DNA of 64,000 bases from Camelus dromedarius (lineage: Eukaryota): the NCBI RefSeq assembly GCF_036321535.1, contig NC_087436.1:87050001-87114000 (forward strand). The letters run 5' to 3'. The notes beneath the pieces are model-generated. The model saw nothing but the letters and a program-made list of their open reading frames with translations, made no database searches and was not told where the DNA came from. How positions within the stretch are numbered: position 1 is the first letter of the stretch; each line of letters starts with the position of its first letter. A program made the translations under genes and the position numbers. This document shows, piece by piece, positions 13,311-25,372 of this stretch.

Positions 13311-14719
13311 CTAATGGAACTTAAGTTTGATCTGCCACAGGTGCATGAAGGCCAGAGCTCACTCAGAATAAGGAAAGGATGCTTGGCTTCTGTCTGGCAA
13401 TTTCCCTGTGAACGGACAGCTCTTTCCAAATGGCCATCTTTGGCTGAACTTTGGGTGCATTACAACTGATATTTTTCTCCACGGGGAGCCAAGGTGGGAA
13501 ATGATTATTGTAGTGCAGTTTGCCAAGATTTTTTTCCAGCTGAGTGATCAAATATATGTAATTAGGGAGAAAAGAGCATGTAAGAACAGTGCAAAGGCCA
13601 GCTCAGCGCTCACAGCTGGATTCCCGTGATGGCTGCACGAGAACACTCACAGACGCCCGGCCACGGGGAGCAGTCTTCACAGGCTGGAAACCGCCAGCAA
13701 GACGAGAGAGTCAACATAGAATAATGGGAAAACAAGAATAGTGTCTTCAAGCCTGCTGAGCTTGACATGTCCCAGCCAATTTCATTCCAAAGATTATTAA
13801 CCTTCTCCTCTGATGAGTACTTTCCTGTTCCTCCCAGTTTTCCTACCATAAATACCTGAATCAAAGAAAAACAATCCCTGCATTCTAAAGAGTTATTATT
13901 ACACTCATCCTTTCTTCGGAAGGCTCCAATACTATTAAGTGGGGGACTTCTAAAGGATGAGAGCCTATTTCTTTTAACTCTTAAGATTTTCAAGAAAATA
14001 AGTATCTGTATTATGTTCAACTGCAGAAACATATGTAATATTTCTGGGTGGGGGGGTAAAAACTGTAGTGATGGCTCATGACTTTAATCATGGTCATGTC
14101 ATGGTGCGTCATTTGTAGCTCCAATTATCATGAGAACTGTAATACTCCTTCTTCTTTGTTCAAGAAAGAATACTGAATTTGAGGTTTATTCATCAAACAT
14201 TTTTTAGGAGACAGATGTTCCCAGCCTTTTTGGAGTTGAAGTACTCCAGCCCTTGGTAATTTTGAAACACGGCATTCCCTAACCTTCTAAAAGTATTTGA
14301 TGGAATATATTTATTTTTTAAATGAAAAATTTTAAATATTTTTCTATGAGATTCTGAGGATATTTTTGGAATTTTTCCATGGGTGATAATGATTTATTTG
14401 CAGATAAATTTTATACCAAGAAGGAAAACATACCTGGCTGGCCATCAGAACCAACGATGGCAGTAAAAGTACAGATCCCCAAGTCCCACTCCAAGAAAAA
14501 ACTTTTGTATTAACATCTATGATCATTTTCATTGCTTTTGATTCAAGCAAGCATCTTATTCCAAACTTCTTACAAGTAATACGTTCCATTTTCCCACTAT
14601 AAATAATCATTCAGAATTGACAGGCTTTTATTTTCTCCTTAAACTATAAGATCTAGAAGATGATTTAAAAGGATGAGGCATTTGCTTTTAAAATCCAGTT
14701 AATTTAAGAATAATGGAGT

Positions 14720-14870
14720 GGGGAGACATAGCTCAGTGATAGAGTATAGGCTTAGCATGCACAAGGTCCTGGGTTTAATCCCCAGTACCTCCATTAAACA
14801 AACCAACCAACCAACCTAATTACCTTCTCCCCCCCCAAAAAAAAAAACAAAACAAAAGAATAAGAAAAAA
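14720..14870 (+). mobile_element. tRNA-derived SINE (camelid vic-1-like, long-tail form)
   Basis: gggagacatagctcagtgatagag...gcttagcatgcacaaggtcctgggtttaatccccagtacctcca, then (AACC)n, CCTAATTACCTTCTCCCC and an A-rich tail. Confidence 0.85.
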
Positions 14871-15469
14871 ACAAGACAAAAAATGCTTGATGCAAAAATC
14901 CCAAACTCATTTTTCCCTCTTGAAAAAAGAGAAAAGAGGATGACAATTCTCATGAGTTCTTCTATAAGTAGAAGATTGAAGAAAGAAAAAGAGTTAAAGT
15001 CAGTAAAAGAATCGTTCCACTTGAAATTTAATGCAGTTTTTCATTTCTTGGAAGGTATGCCCAGAAATATCTGATAACAGAAGCCATGTTCTAGTGGAAG
15101 CTGTAACTTTGTGTCGATAAGGAATTCTGTCCCTTTGGTTTTGTTTATTAGTGGCAGTGTTTTTTGGATTTGAGGGGTTTTTGCCCTTGACTTTAGCAGA
15201 AACACATCTCATTTTCCCATGGATTACCTCTAAGAACTGATGAAAAAAAGAAACATTTATGAAAAGGTCAGTGTTACATCCTCATGTTTTATTTCCATGA
15301 CAAGGATTTGGGATGGTTTTGCCTAAGTTCCAAATGTATGTGCTGGGGGAAGAGGATTTGGGGGAAGAGAATCTTAAGTGGAGGCTCGAGCTATAGAAAT
15401 AAGGAGGCAACTGGATTTTGGAGGCTAGGTCTTCAGTTCCCTAAAGAAAGGTACATTAACTATAAAATC

Positions 15470-16190
15470 AAATTCAATTATAACACTTACAATATATGAA
15501 TATAGTTTCATTGAACAAAATTTAACCAATACAGGTAAAAACACAAGTTCCTTGTGATGTCCCCCCTTTTCTAACTCCACTCCTCTTTCTGTAAGTAACC
15601 CCAGTCATCAGTTTGGAAGTAGTCTTCCACATTCTTTTCCAAGTAATCTCATCCAAATGCACTTGCAAAGGTATACCTAGAAGTATACAGGGCTTCTTAA
15701 AGTAGATATGATATCGTAGTCTATATATTATTTTGCGACTTGCTTTTTCCCCTTAACATGCCTTAGGGTTCTTTTGAGTGACCACATATAGATCTACCCC
15801 ATTCTATTTTTAATGGCTGCATAGCCTGTGTTATTAATTTAATCATTATCCATTGATGCACATATTAAGTAATTGTTTCTTATTATTCTCAATCACAAGC
15901 CCACGCATAGTGACCACCTTTGTGCATGCTTCCTTGTACCAAGTTACATTTTTCCTAGGGTAGATGCCTAAAAGTCGAGTTGCTGGGGCAAAGGGCCTGC
16001 GTATCGGTAACTTTAGTAGGTGCCACTCTGTTGCCCTTCAAAATGACTTTACGAGTCTGTATTTCCACCAACTCTTTACATTTCCACCATGCTTGATATT
16101 AGCAAGCTTTAAAATGCTTGCAATTAATGGTGAAGGGGGGAAAAAAACTAGATTTTGATTTAATTAAGTTTAGTATTTGATGCCTTTTAA
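15470..16190 (-). mobile_element. Old L1 (L1M-type) 3' fragment
   Basis: tttttaatggctgcatag...ttcctagggtagatgcctaaaagtcgagttgctggggcaaaggg...gtatttcccacaa. Confidence 0.65.
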
Positions 16191-16713
16191 GAAATGTCAT
16201 ATTAATAAATTCCTACACACACACACAGAGGAGCCCTTTGTCTGCCCATACTCATGTTTAGCTTCATTGTAACTACGCCTTGTTATAGCCTGAAGTTAGG
16301 ACTTCCTCCAGAGCCCAATTTGAAGACAGACTAGGTGGCTACCATGGCAACCTGCTTTATGCTAGATTCTAGCGGGGAAAGGGTTGATGAGAGGTGAGGT
16401 AGACAGTGGCTTCTAGAAAATATCCCTACTGGTGTAAACTGATGCCTGGAAATTTCTTTAGGAAAACAAGTCCCTTTTGATTAGGCACTGACCCTTTGCA
16501 AAGAGACCTTCACTAAACAGAAAGGAGTTGTTCTGTAATGTGAGAGCCCTGCACGGCCTCCACAGGCCCTTTCAGCTCCAATGTTCTATGATTCCTCTAT
16601 GAAATTAGCCAGTTGACAGGAATAAACAAGGCCTTGAGGGAGTGGAATTCAGGAGGGAGGAGGAGGAGTCAAGAAGTATCTGCAGCTAGGGTGGATGCAA
16701 GGTTTGATTACTT

Positions 16714-16727
16714 TGGGGGGGGGGGGG
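16714..16727. repeat. Poly-G tract (G14)
   Basis: Read directly from the sequence. Confidence 0.85.
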
Positions 16728-18021
16728 CTCAAAGACATTGAGCAACTGCGGAAGGGACATCGACAGGAGGACACCATCGACCTGGATGTCACCAAGCCTG
16801 CCTGCAGCTCTGCTCTGAGAGATGTGTCTGTTCAAGTGTTAGATGACAGCATCCAGCTAATCAACTGAAATGTACTTAAAACCAGACTGGGCAGTTGAAA
16901 TAGCTCATCTATGACGTCAGTTAAGACACATGAGAAGAGAGGCCAGCCAATTATGTCACTGAGAGCAAAGTTTGGATGATAAATGTATCATTAGGATGAC
17001 AGATATAGGCAATTCGACTTTCTTTTATAGAAGGGTCATGACATCTCTTTCTTTATAGGGTTGCATGGTTCTCTGGCATGGATTCTGAAGGGTTGGAATA
17101 ATGTAGCTTGATATTCTTTTTTGCCTGCTAGTCTCTTCCTTTAGTGATTAACCCTATTTGTCAAGGTTCTACTCTTAAACCCCAGACATTTGGGGCATGA
17201 GTGGGAGCTAAACATTTTCAAGACCTTGTTGTTATAAAGCAGTATCATTTTCAGTGTCCTTCCCAACCACTGACCTTCTGGGTGATGAATTCTATAACAT
17301 TGTTGCAGCACAGAAATTTTTTAAATGAGATAATATGTCATTTGGATGAATAAAGAAATAAAAGAATCCTCAGTCTTAGTCTCAGTTGACATAAATAAGC
17401 GTTGTGAGGTCTTATGCTTGATTATATTAATCTAGACATAACTAAAAGAGACAGAATGTGTTTCAAATTACAAGTGGTATCTGTCCTTCCATAAAATTCA
17501 TTGAGAATATTTTTAGCACATATTATCCTTGTCAATTTCTAAAGACTTATCTGCTGAATAATTATCTACACCATTGACATTTTGACCTCCTGAAGCTTTT
17601 ATTATTCGGCTCTCATTTCATTATGTTGTTTGGTAAATAGAATGTTCTCAGTGGGCTAAAAATAACAGTGTACCATGTGTTTGAATTCACCCCTCCCTTG
17701 TGGTTCTAGTTTCAGCATCCTGGACAGTTTAGAAAGGACAGGGAAGTCGAGATAGATCCTATAGAGACATTGCGATGTGAGTCACGGTCTCTCTTTGTCA
17801 GCCCTGCTATGCTGGGTTTTGGTTTCCATCATGGAAAAACCCAATGCCCATCTTCTACAGGGACTAAAAAAAAAGTGATTAACACTTTAAGATGAGATTT
17901 GAGAGTGCCATAGGCCTGCTCTAATTTCTAAGGCCAGTGAAGCTGAAGTCTGCCCCGTGCTTTCTTGGGTTAGGCACACCATCTTGAATTGTTGAGTTAT
18001 TCTCACACCATTGTTTTATTT

Positions 18022-18022
18022 A

Positions 18023-18079
<57 letters not shown>

Positions 18080-18116
18080 TATTATTATCATCATCATCAT
18101 TATTATTATTATTATT
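18022..18116. repeat. Compound (ATT)n/(ATC)n trinucleotide microsatellite
   Basis: Read directly from the sequence. Confidence 0.95.
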
Positions 18117-18136
18117 TCTTTTTACCATTTTTAGAA

Positions 18137-18300
18137 GGGACAAGTTACTCAGCCTCTCTGCCTTGTTCTCATCTGTGAAACAAGGATGATGATAGCATCT
18201 ACCTCACAGGATAGTTCTGAGGATTAAATGAATTAATACATATGAAATCCTTCGAATAGTACTTGGCACATAGTATTCGTTTGATAAATGTTAACTGTTA
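18137..18300 (+). mobile_element. MIR SINE (core and 3' part)
   Basis: ggacaagttactcagcctctctg...ctcatctgtgaaacaaggatgatgatagcatctacctcacagg...gaggattaaatga. Confidence 0.85.
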
Positions 18301-19039
18301 CCATCGTTTTTAGGCAAAGTGGGAAAATACCAAGGAGGTCTGACACAGGCAGGGATGTTTACGTTCTGTCTGCTGTCGTATCCCAGGCTTAGAACAGTGC
18401 CGCACATCAGATACTCAGTAAATATTTGTTGAGTGAATCAGTTTCTACCCTTGTGAAATTTAAATCCAGCCTAGTCCTTGTTTCCTTTCTCAGAATAAGA
18501 GAATGTCCTTCTGTCAGAGCTACCTTAGGCAGCCTTGAATTTTCAGGTCAACACCAGCTCACGACCCCCCTGACTAAGGGTTTTCATTTTTCCTTTGCTG
18601 ACTGCCTCTCCTACACATTCCAGCTGCGATGCCAATCTCGGCTTCCCGGGCTCCCCTTCTCTCCGCACCCTCTGTGGGTGACTCGGGCACGACGACATTG
18701 TGCTCTCACGGCAAAGGCTGGTGGCGGTGGGGCTGCGCCAACGTGCCAGTTTCCTCCCGTGGCAGTTTGGCAGTTTGTGTCACTGGTTGTGGTTTTTTTT
18801 TGCCCCACTAAGTTTTCTGTGTTCCCGCTGTCAGGAAAGGATGGGGAGACAGTGAAAATGCTTGGGCATGTGAAGTCAAAGCACTTGTGCTCCAGCCAGG
18901 AGACCCTTCCAGATGGCCTGCTTCTCTCCCAGGCCTACACATTCTATTAAAACCCACTCATCAGCACAAGAAGGTATCCGGCCTTATAGCTATACCTTCC
19001 TTTCTAGTTTTCTTCATCCGTGTGCGTTTCTTCCCCTGT

Positions 19040-19495
19040 CTGCCGTGGGGAAGGCCCCACATGATCCGCTCTGCCTGTCCTTCTGACTTTTCCTTCCTCT
19101 GACTTCCTTTGCCTCCTCTCTCCCCTTGCTCCTCCACTTGGGCCGCTCAGTCTCCTTGCTCCCCTGAAACCCCCTCAGCCTTTTCTGCCTCAGGGACTTT
19201 GCACATACTGCCCTTATGCCCAGAAAGCCTTTTCCCAGGTATCCACCGTGCTTGCCTGCTTACTGCAAAAAGGTCTCTGCTAAAATGCACCTCCTCCAAG
19301 AAGCCTTTCTTTACCGTGTCTAAAATAGCTCCTGCCTCTTTCTTCTGAGCACTTATCACTAGGGACATGTTATGACTTGTTTATTTGCATATTTATTTAC
19401 ATGTTGTCTGCTTCCCTCCATTGAAGTGTAGGCTTCATGAGAGCAGTCAATTTCTTCAGTGCCTCGCAGGTGGTTAGCACTCAATAAATATGTGA
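19040..19495 (+). mobile_element. L2 LINE 3' end
   Basis: tgcctcagggactttgcacatactg...cacctcctccaagaagcctt...tgtctgcttccctcca...gcactcaataaata. Confidence 0.75.
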
Positions 19496-21339
19496 TTACA
19501 GATCAGAAGGGAGGAAAGAGATAGGGGAGGGAGGGAGAAAAAACAAAGAAGGAAATGCATTTATATGTATTTATAAATGTCGATAAAGTGCCTTAAGAGC
19601 ACGGCAACCTGACTGAGATGGGGTGATCAGAAAAGGCCTCTTGGAGGAGATGATGGTCCAGCTGAGACCTAATATATGGCTACAACCAGAACAACGAGAG
19701 GGGAGAAAAGTGCAAAGAGCCTGAGCTTGAGATCTACTGGGGAACAAGAGAAGGCTGGAGTGGCTGGAACCCCGGGGGCAAGTTGGAAGGGGAGGCGGGG
19801 CCTAAGCATAGCTACGTAGCAAGGAGATGGCCTTCAGGGGGCTAGTCTGGTACAAAGTAGGTCTGACTAAAGGCAGATTTGGGGGTGGCATGGTCATGAA
19901 GAAGGCCTGGGAGAGCAGGACGGTCCTGCAACAGAGGCATCTGCTTCCCTGGTCTCCTGAGGCTGCAAGGCTGTTTCCCTTTTAAAGGAGATGGTTATTC
20001 ATTAAACAGCCTTCCTCAAGACATCACCGCTTCCATGCTGTCATCTGAAAAATGAGCTTATCAGCACCTGCTCTGTGGGGCTGTCATCAGCACAGTTCCC
20101 AGCACCCTGGAACCACCTGGTTACAGTTGGCTGATTCTCAGTTTGCCGCATGCCGCGCTCAGTGCCGGCACTGTCGCGGGGACAGAGGGAGAGAGGACCC
20201 TGCCTCTGTGTAGCAGATGAGCATCCTAGGAAATATCCATGCTCCTGGCACTGCAGGAGAAGAGCATCCGTCTCACACCCCCCAGCACACGCCAGTCCAA
20301 AGGGTGGTCTGCGAGAGGAGTTCGGAGAGTGCCAATGAATATTTTCTATTTTCAGCTGGGTTTTTTTTCTGATGCATGTTAAAATAAGCCAATATTCGTA
20401 CATCCGACCAGCTTACATAGAACTAATAAATGAGTTGATTTCTAGCTAACTTAGGGAGAAGACTGAGTACATCATGGAACAGGCAGTACCTGGAAGTGGC
20501 AGGAGTGAAGGTGACAGGTGAACAGCTGAGGTTCAGGAAGCAGGGACCTGGCAGACCAGCATCTGAAGGAGGCAGAGAGGAGTGGCCTTGAGTCAGCTTC
20601 TAGAGTCAGACTGTGAAGAGGATCAGATAGGACGTGAGCTGGAGGGGCCAGCCTGTCGTCGGAAGCCAGGCAGTGACATTCTTTGAGGCTCATAGAGGGA
20701 ACTGAGTGGGTGTTGGCAGGACTCAGACTGAAAGGAGACAGACTGGACAGTCCAGGGGAGGAGAAGAGGTATCTTAAGGTCTTATGCTGAGACTCTCGTT
20801 GACCTGGAAAAGTTGTGTGAATCAGGACCCTGGCTGACCCTGTAAATAACAGAGAAAAGCATGCCTGACCCCACATTTAATAGCAGAGACAGTCTTTTCT
20901 GTCAGGTTTTCTTCCCCACTAGGATATAGACTCTGCTGTTGACCTCATTCAGGGAGATAGAAATGCTGAAAGGAGAAAAATGAAATTGAGTGTATGATTC
21001 TGCCATGAATCAGGAACAAGGGAGTGAGGTTAGGCAGGTGGGACTGTGGCATCCAGTAATGTTCATTTGGGGAAAATTGGTGCAGCTAGCCAGGAATAAA
21101 TACACTGCTACCCAGGGGCCAGGCTCCCCCACCAGCCAAAGAGAGTGGTACTTTGGGCAGCTAAGAAAAAGAAAAGGACGAGTTTGGTGTGTATTGCACT
21201 TCAGGGTTAGAATAGCTTTCTTGCTTTGCTATTTTAAAGCCTAAAATATATGCGTACTAAAAAATCAAAATGACAAAATTACATAAACCAGAATGTAGAA
21301 GTCTCCCGTAATTCCCTAGACAACAACCTTTGACAAGCA

Positions 21340-21470
21340 GTTGTTTATTTCATTCAACAGCTATTTACTGAGCGCCTGCCATGTGTCAGGGACAAACATT
21401 ATCTTAGGAGGTTCAAATACATCAGTAATTAAAGCAAAGGTCTTTGTCTTCGCCGGGCTTACATTCTAGA
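21340..21470 (-). mobile_element. L2 LINE 3' end
   Basis: ttcattcaacagctatttactgagcgcctgccatgtgtcagg...gggcttacattctag. Confidence 0.75.
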
Positions 21471-21473
21471 GCT

Positions 21474-21686
21474 GTGTGCAATTACTGTACAATAATATGG
21501 TAACTGCTAGCCTCATGTGGCAATTCAATTAATTAAAATTACATGCAATTTAGAACTGAGACTCCCCCAGTCACACTACCCATATTTCAGGTGCTCAATA
21601 TCCATATGTAGCTGGCGGCTGCCATATTGGACCACACAGACGTAGAACATTTCCATCACTGCAGACAGTTCTATTGGGCAGTGATG
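21474..21686 (-). mobile_element. MER3-like hAT-Charlie DNA transposon
   Basis: Reverse strand reads cactgcccaatagaactgtctgcagtgatggaaatgttctacgtctgtgtggtccaatatggcagcc...tattgagcacctgaaat, matching the recalled MER3 consensus. Confidence 0.8.
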
Positions 21687-24485
21687 TTCTAGAGGAATAA
21701 TGACTGTTAACAGTTTGCAATGTGTTATTCTGGACTTGTATACACAAATACATAGATGTGTGTATGTATATATGTGTGTGTGGTTGTGTATACGTGTGTG
21801 TATATACTCTGTATACATGTGTGTGGATATATATGCGTGTGTGTAGATCTACTATTCAGCAACCTACTCTTGTCACTTAACAATCTAGCACAGGCGTCTT
21901 CTTTGATAAGTAAATGGTAGATCAAACACATCAATTTTTTTCTCATCAGACGGGTGAAAGCGCCTGGAAGGCCACAGGCCGCAGCCTGCAGCCCGCTCCA
22001 CCCCCCACCCCACCAAGCAGGAAGCCTGGCTCCATCCTCAGCCAGGGAGGCAGGGAGAACATCTGTCTTCTCTGCCTCTTCCTCTGCCAGCTCTCGCCTC
22101 ACTGGGACCTGAGCTGTGAGTTGCAGGAGGCAGACTTCTGCCTGTAAGCTTTCCTGATTTCTCCGCATTTGCTTCTGGGGTCCACCCTCAAGGCTGCTCC
22201 TGCTTCCAAGAGAGACGAGGGCCATGGAGGCATTTCCGTCCTTCCCCTCCATGCCAGGGTCCACTGGCAAACCTCTCTGGACTTCGTCCCATCTCCGAAT
22301 CAGGCACGGCTAACCCACACGCTAATCCATGCTGCCTCCAAAAGAAAATACAGAAAAGCGATAGATAAGAGGCCTCATTTAGCAGGGGCTTAAATTTCAG
22401 GCGTAGCGATGCTGGCTTGGTTCAATGGAGATTTACAACAACAGGTGCAGGGGCACCTTGGATTGAGACTGAGAGTGATTTTTGTGTGTGTTGGGGGAGG
22501 GGCGGGCTGGGGATCTCATTTGATCTGTCTGCTACTTGAAGAAAAATAAACTCCATTTGCTCTTCTATTCTTTTAAGAAACAAAAGGGATGAAAGAAACT
22601 TTAGGTCAATAAGCTTCCCTTTCATCCTTCCCTTTTTCTCAGATAGATCAGAAAATGATCCCGCATTATGAACCACCTAGCCTTCCCCAAAATACAAATA
22701 GGCACGGCTGTCCCTCCGCGCTCACAGATCTCGTGAGAGCAAGCTCTGCAAGGCTGGAGCCCAAGAGGTGTAATGGAAAGGAAAAGATGGTTAGATTTTG
22801 TTTTAAACTCCTCTAAATGGCAGTGAGAACAAGAGGCAGGGGAGGGCCAGTCATTTAAAAGGCTTTTAAATGTGCCATGATTTGGACTTCTAATTTCATC
22901 CTTTTCTACAAATGAGCAATTAGCTGTAGCACAGGTTTGTGTAATTAGTAGACAAACCAAACCCTGAGTGATTTTTTCACTGTAACTTGGATAGGGAGGC
23001 ATTGCCCAGGGGCCCATCGCAGCTAGAAACCACACCATGTTATTCCCACACTCTCAATTTTATTGCCATTTCTAAAATAAAGTACAATCTTATCGCTTAA
23101 GAATCCTTCATGGGCAACAGACCTTTGGTACTCTCTGTAAAACCAGCAGCAAGACTGGACCTGGGGTAAGATTCAGAAAGGAGCAGAAAGAACGCAGCTC
23201 GGTGTGGTCCCTCACAGCTTCCTTCTTGGTCTGCCCCTCCAGGAAGCCTTCCATGTGATCTTGGGGAAGCCCTGGGCCTCTGCTGCAGCTGCATCAGGTA
23301 GAACCTCCCTCTCCCCCCAACACACATATATCGCTGCACTGGAGAACAGAGGCGCAGAGTGCGGGGGGAAGCGAGGTGCAGGGCTGGCGGGACATCAGGC
23401 ACACATCCCGGAAGACAAGTGGGATCAGCCTGTAGCCCGTCTTGGAAGGAGCATCTGGGCCTCCATTTGTCTCTCTCTGAAATGCCGAACTGGTTCATTG
23501 CTTCTCAAAACTGTGCAGGGGGATATGATTCCCTGCGAAAATCAAATGATGGCCATCTTCTCTCAATTCAAAGACAAATAAAGTAAGCAGATCCAATTTT
23601 TCCCGCCATTAGTTGATATCTACCCTGTGTTTTCTTACCTTTGCTGCTTCCACATTTATAGTGCCCCAAGGAGAACAAACAAGAAACAAGCAGATATTAG
23701 CAGAAAAGCTGCTGGCTGTTCTGAACTCCCAACCGAGCTCTGGTGCCCTTTCCATGTGTGTAGGGTAGCCTTATTTTCTCCTCGTTTGGAAAATGAGCTC
23801 CCCAGCAGTCACTGTCACTGTGGTCTCTGAGGCGCAGCTGGCTCCTGGGGAGTCTGCCACCTGACAGCTGGTGAAAACAACCAGCAGCCAGCTGCAGGTC
23901 ATCTCTCAAGGCAGCCACGCCGAGCTATTCAGAACTACCAGAAATGTCAACGTGCTTTGAAAGGGGACTTAAGGTATACATGGAGGTTTGTCGTTCAGTA
24001 GAATTAATTCAACAAGATTAAAATAATCAACCTGTTCAGAAGCCCTCTCAATGAGAGATGGGTTTTGAGAGCAGGTCTGCGATTACTGTTAGGAGCCTGT
24101 GTGCCGCCCCACTGGGGACTGGGAAGGTTTGTGAATATCTCTGGCGTATGTGGCTGTGTGGGCATTTCCCCAACTTGTGGCAGGTTTCATTTCTGGAAAA
24201 GGGGCCCAAAGTCAAAATGATATGAGAGAGATTGGATTTTTCCCATGGTGACAGCCCCAATAATAGGAGATTGTGTAACCCATCAAAAATCAGCGCCTAC
24301 CTTGTTAAAGAAATAGCCTCAAGCATGGTATTTCAGTCACTCTGAAAGCTGAACTTCATGACACCTTTGTCTAAGGTGATTTGGGTTGATTTAATAGGAT
24401 GACATAATAACTGACCTATGAAAGTTGTCTTATTTAATATGATGCAGTATCACCACGGTTTTTACACTTAACTACATGAAATCTT

Positions 24486-24583
24486 GGGGGTATAGCTCAG
24501 TGGTAGAATGTGTGCTTAGCATGCGTCAGGTCCTGGATTCAATCCTCAGCATCTCCATTTAAAATAAAAATTAAAAAAAAATT
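24486..24583 (+). mobile_element. tRNA-derived SINE (vic-1-like, short form) with TSD
   Basis: gggggtatagctcagtggtagaatgtgtgcttagcatgcg...ttcaatcctcagca plus A-tail. AAATCTT repeated at 24479-24485 and 24584-24590. Confidence 0.88.
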
Positions 24584-25300
24584 AAATCTTAAAGAAACTT
24601 TGTTGGTATTGTTAAGGTAGTCAGAAAAGCTACATTGGAAAGGTTTTTTCAGAAGCATATTAGAGGAAATGTTTTGAAACAGTTGGGGCTGTTTCCTCAT
24701 TTCTGTGGTGACCCAGGATCATCTGTCTTGCTGCCTCCTTGGCCAGCACTTCCTGAAGCAGCACAGACGTTCAGGATTGAGAGGCTGCTTGCCGCACTGC
24801 CAACATCCTGCTTTCTGGGCCTCACTGGCAACTTGACCTCGTTCCCTGCCATTAAAAATGCAAGTTCCAAAGCATATTCCCAGCAGTGTTCCTTCCTTCA
24901 GGCCTCCCCACCACATACACGTTTTCTCACAAAAAGCCTCGGAACTTGGGCTAGAATTCTGGGCAGTCACATTTCCTCCTGACTGTACAAGCCTTTCCAC
25001 ACCCACCACACATCCCCAACCTGCCTAATAATAATAGATTTCAGCTGTCATTTCTTCCCTTTTTTTCAGCTGTTATAAAAAGCCGAATTTGCTGGAAGCT
25101 TAAAAAAGTAGTGTGACTGGTTTTTTTGCTTTGCTTTTTTAAGATGATAGCTGATACATTTAAAAGATTATATGCTATATATGTTATAAAGCATAATTAT
25201 ATAATAAACATGCATGAACCCACCACCCTAGCCCAGAGGGTTGCCTACCCACTCACCCCACCCCCACAACCATTTTCTAAAGCTTGTATTTATCACTCTC

Positions 25301-25372
25301 TTTCTTTCTTTTTCTAACGGAGGTGCTGGAACTGAACCCAGGACCTCGTGCTTGCTAAGCTACCCTCCCCCC
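25301..25372 (-). mobile_element. tRNA-derived SINE with internal deletion
   Basis: ggaggtgctggaactgaacccaggacctcgtgcttgctaagctaccctcccc. Flanked by the atcactctctttc / atcattctctttc repeat. Confidence 0.75.

Noticed and set aside
13340..14032. Possible antisense exon or pseudogene (tttctttgattcag acceptor-like site on the minus strand near 13857 and a 140-aa ORF)
   Set aside because: I translated several frames and found no recognisable protein family, and no partner exons.
17989..18189. Poly-Leu 'membrane protein' ORF
   Set aside because: It is the translation of an (ATT)n/(ATC)n microsatellite running into a MIR.
18426..18950. 174-aa ORF
   Set aside because: Starts at TTG within an L2 tail, has no recognisable domain, and shows no splice or promoter support.
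21725..22270. 181-aa minus-strand ORF, the longest in the track
   Set aside because: Non-ATG start, runs into (CA/TA) low-complexity sequence, and has no recognisable homology.
24486..24560. tRNA gene-like sequence (and the similar copies elsewhere)
   Set aside because: It has A/B boxes, but also A-rich tails, TSDs, broken stems and many diverged copies, so these are SINEs and not tRNA genes.
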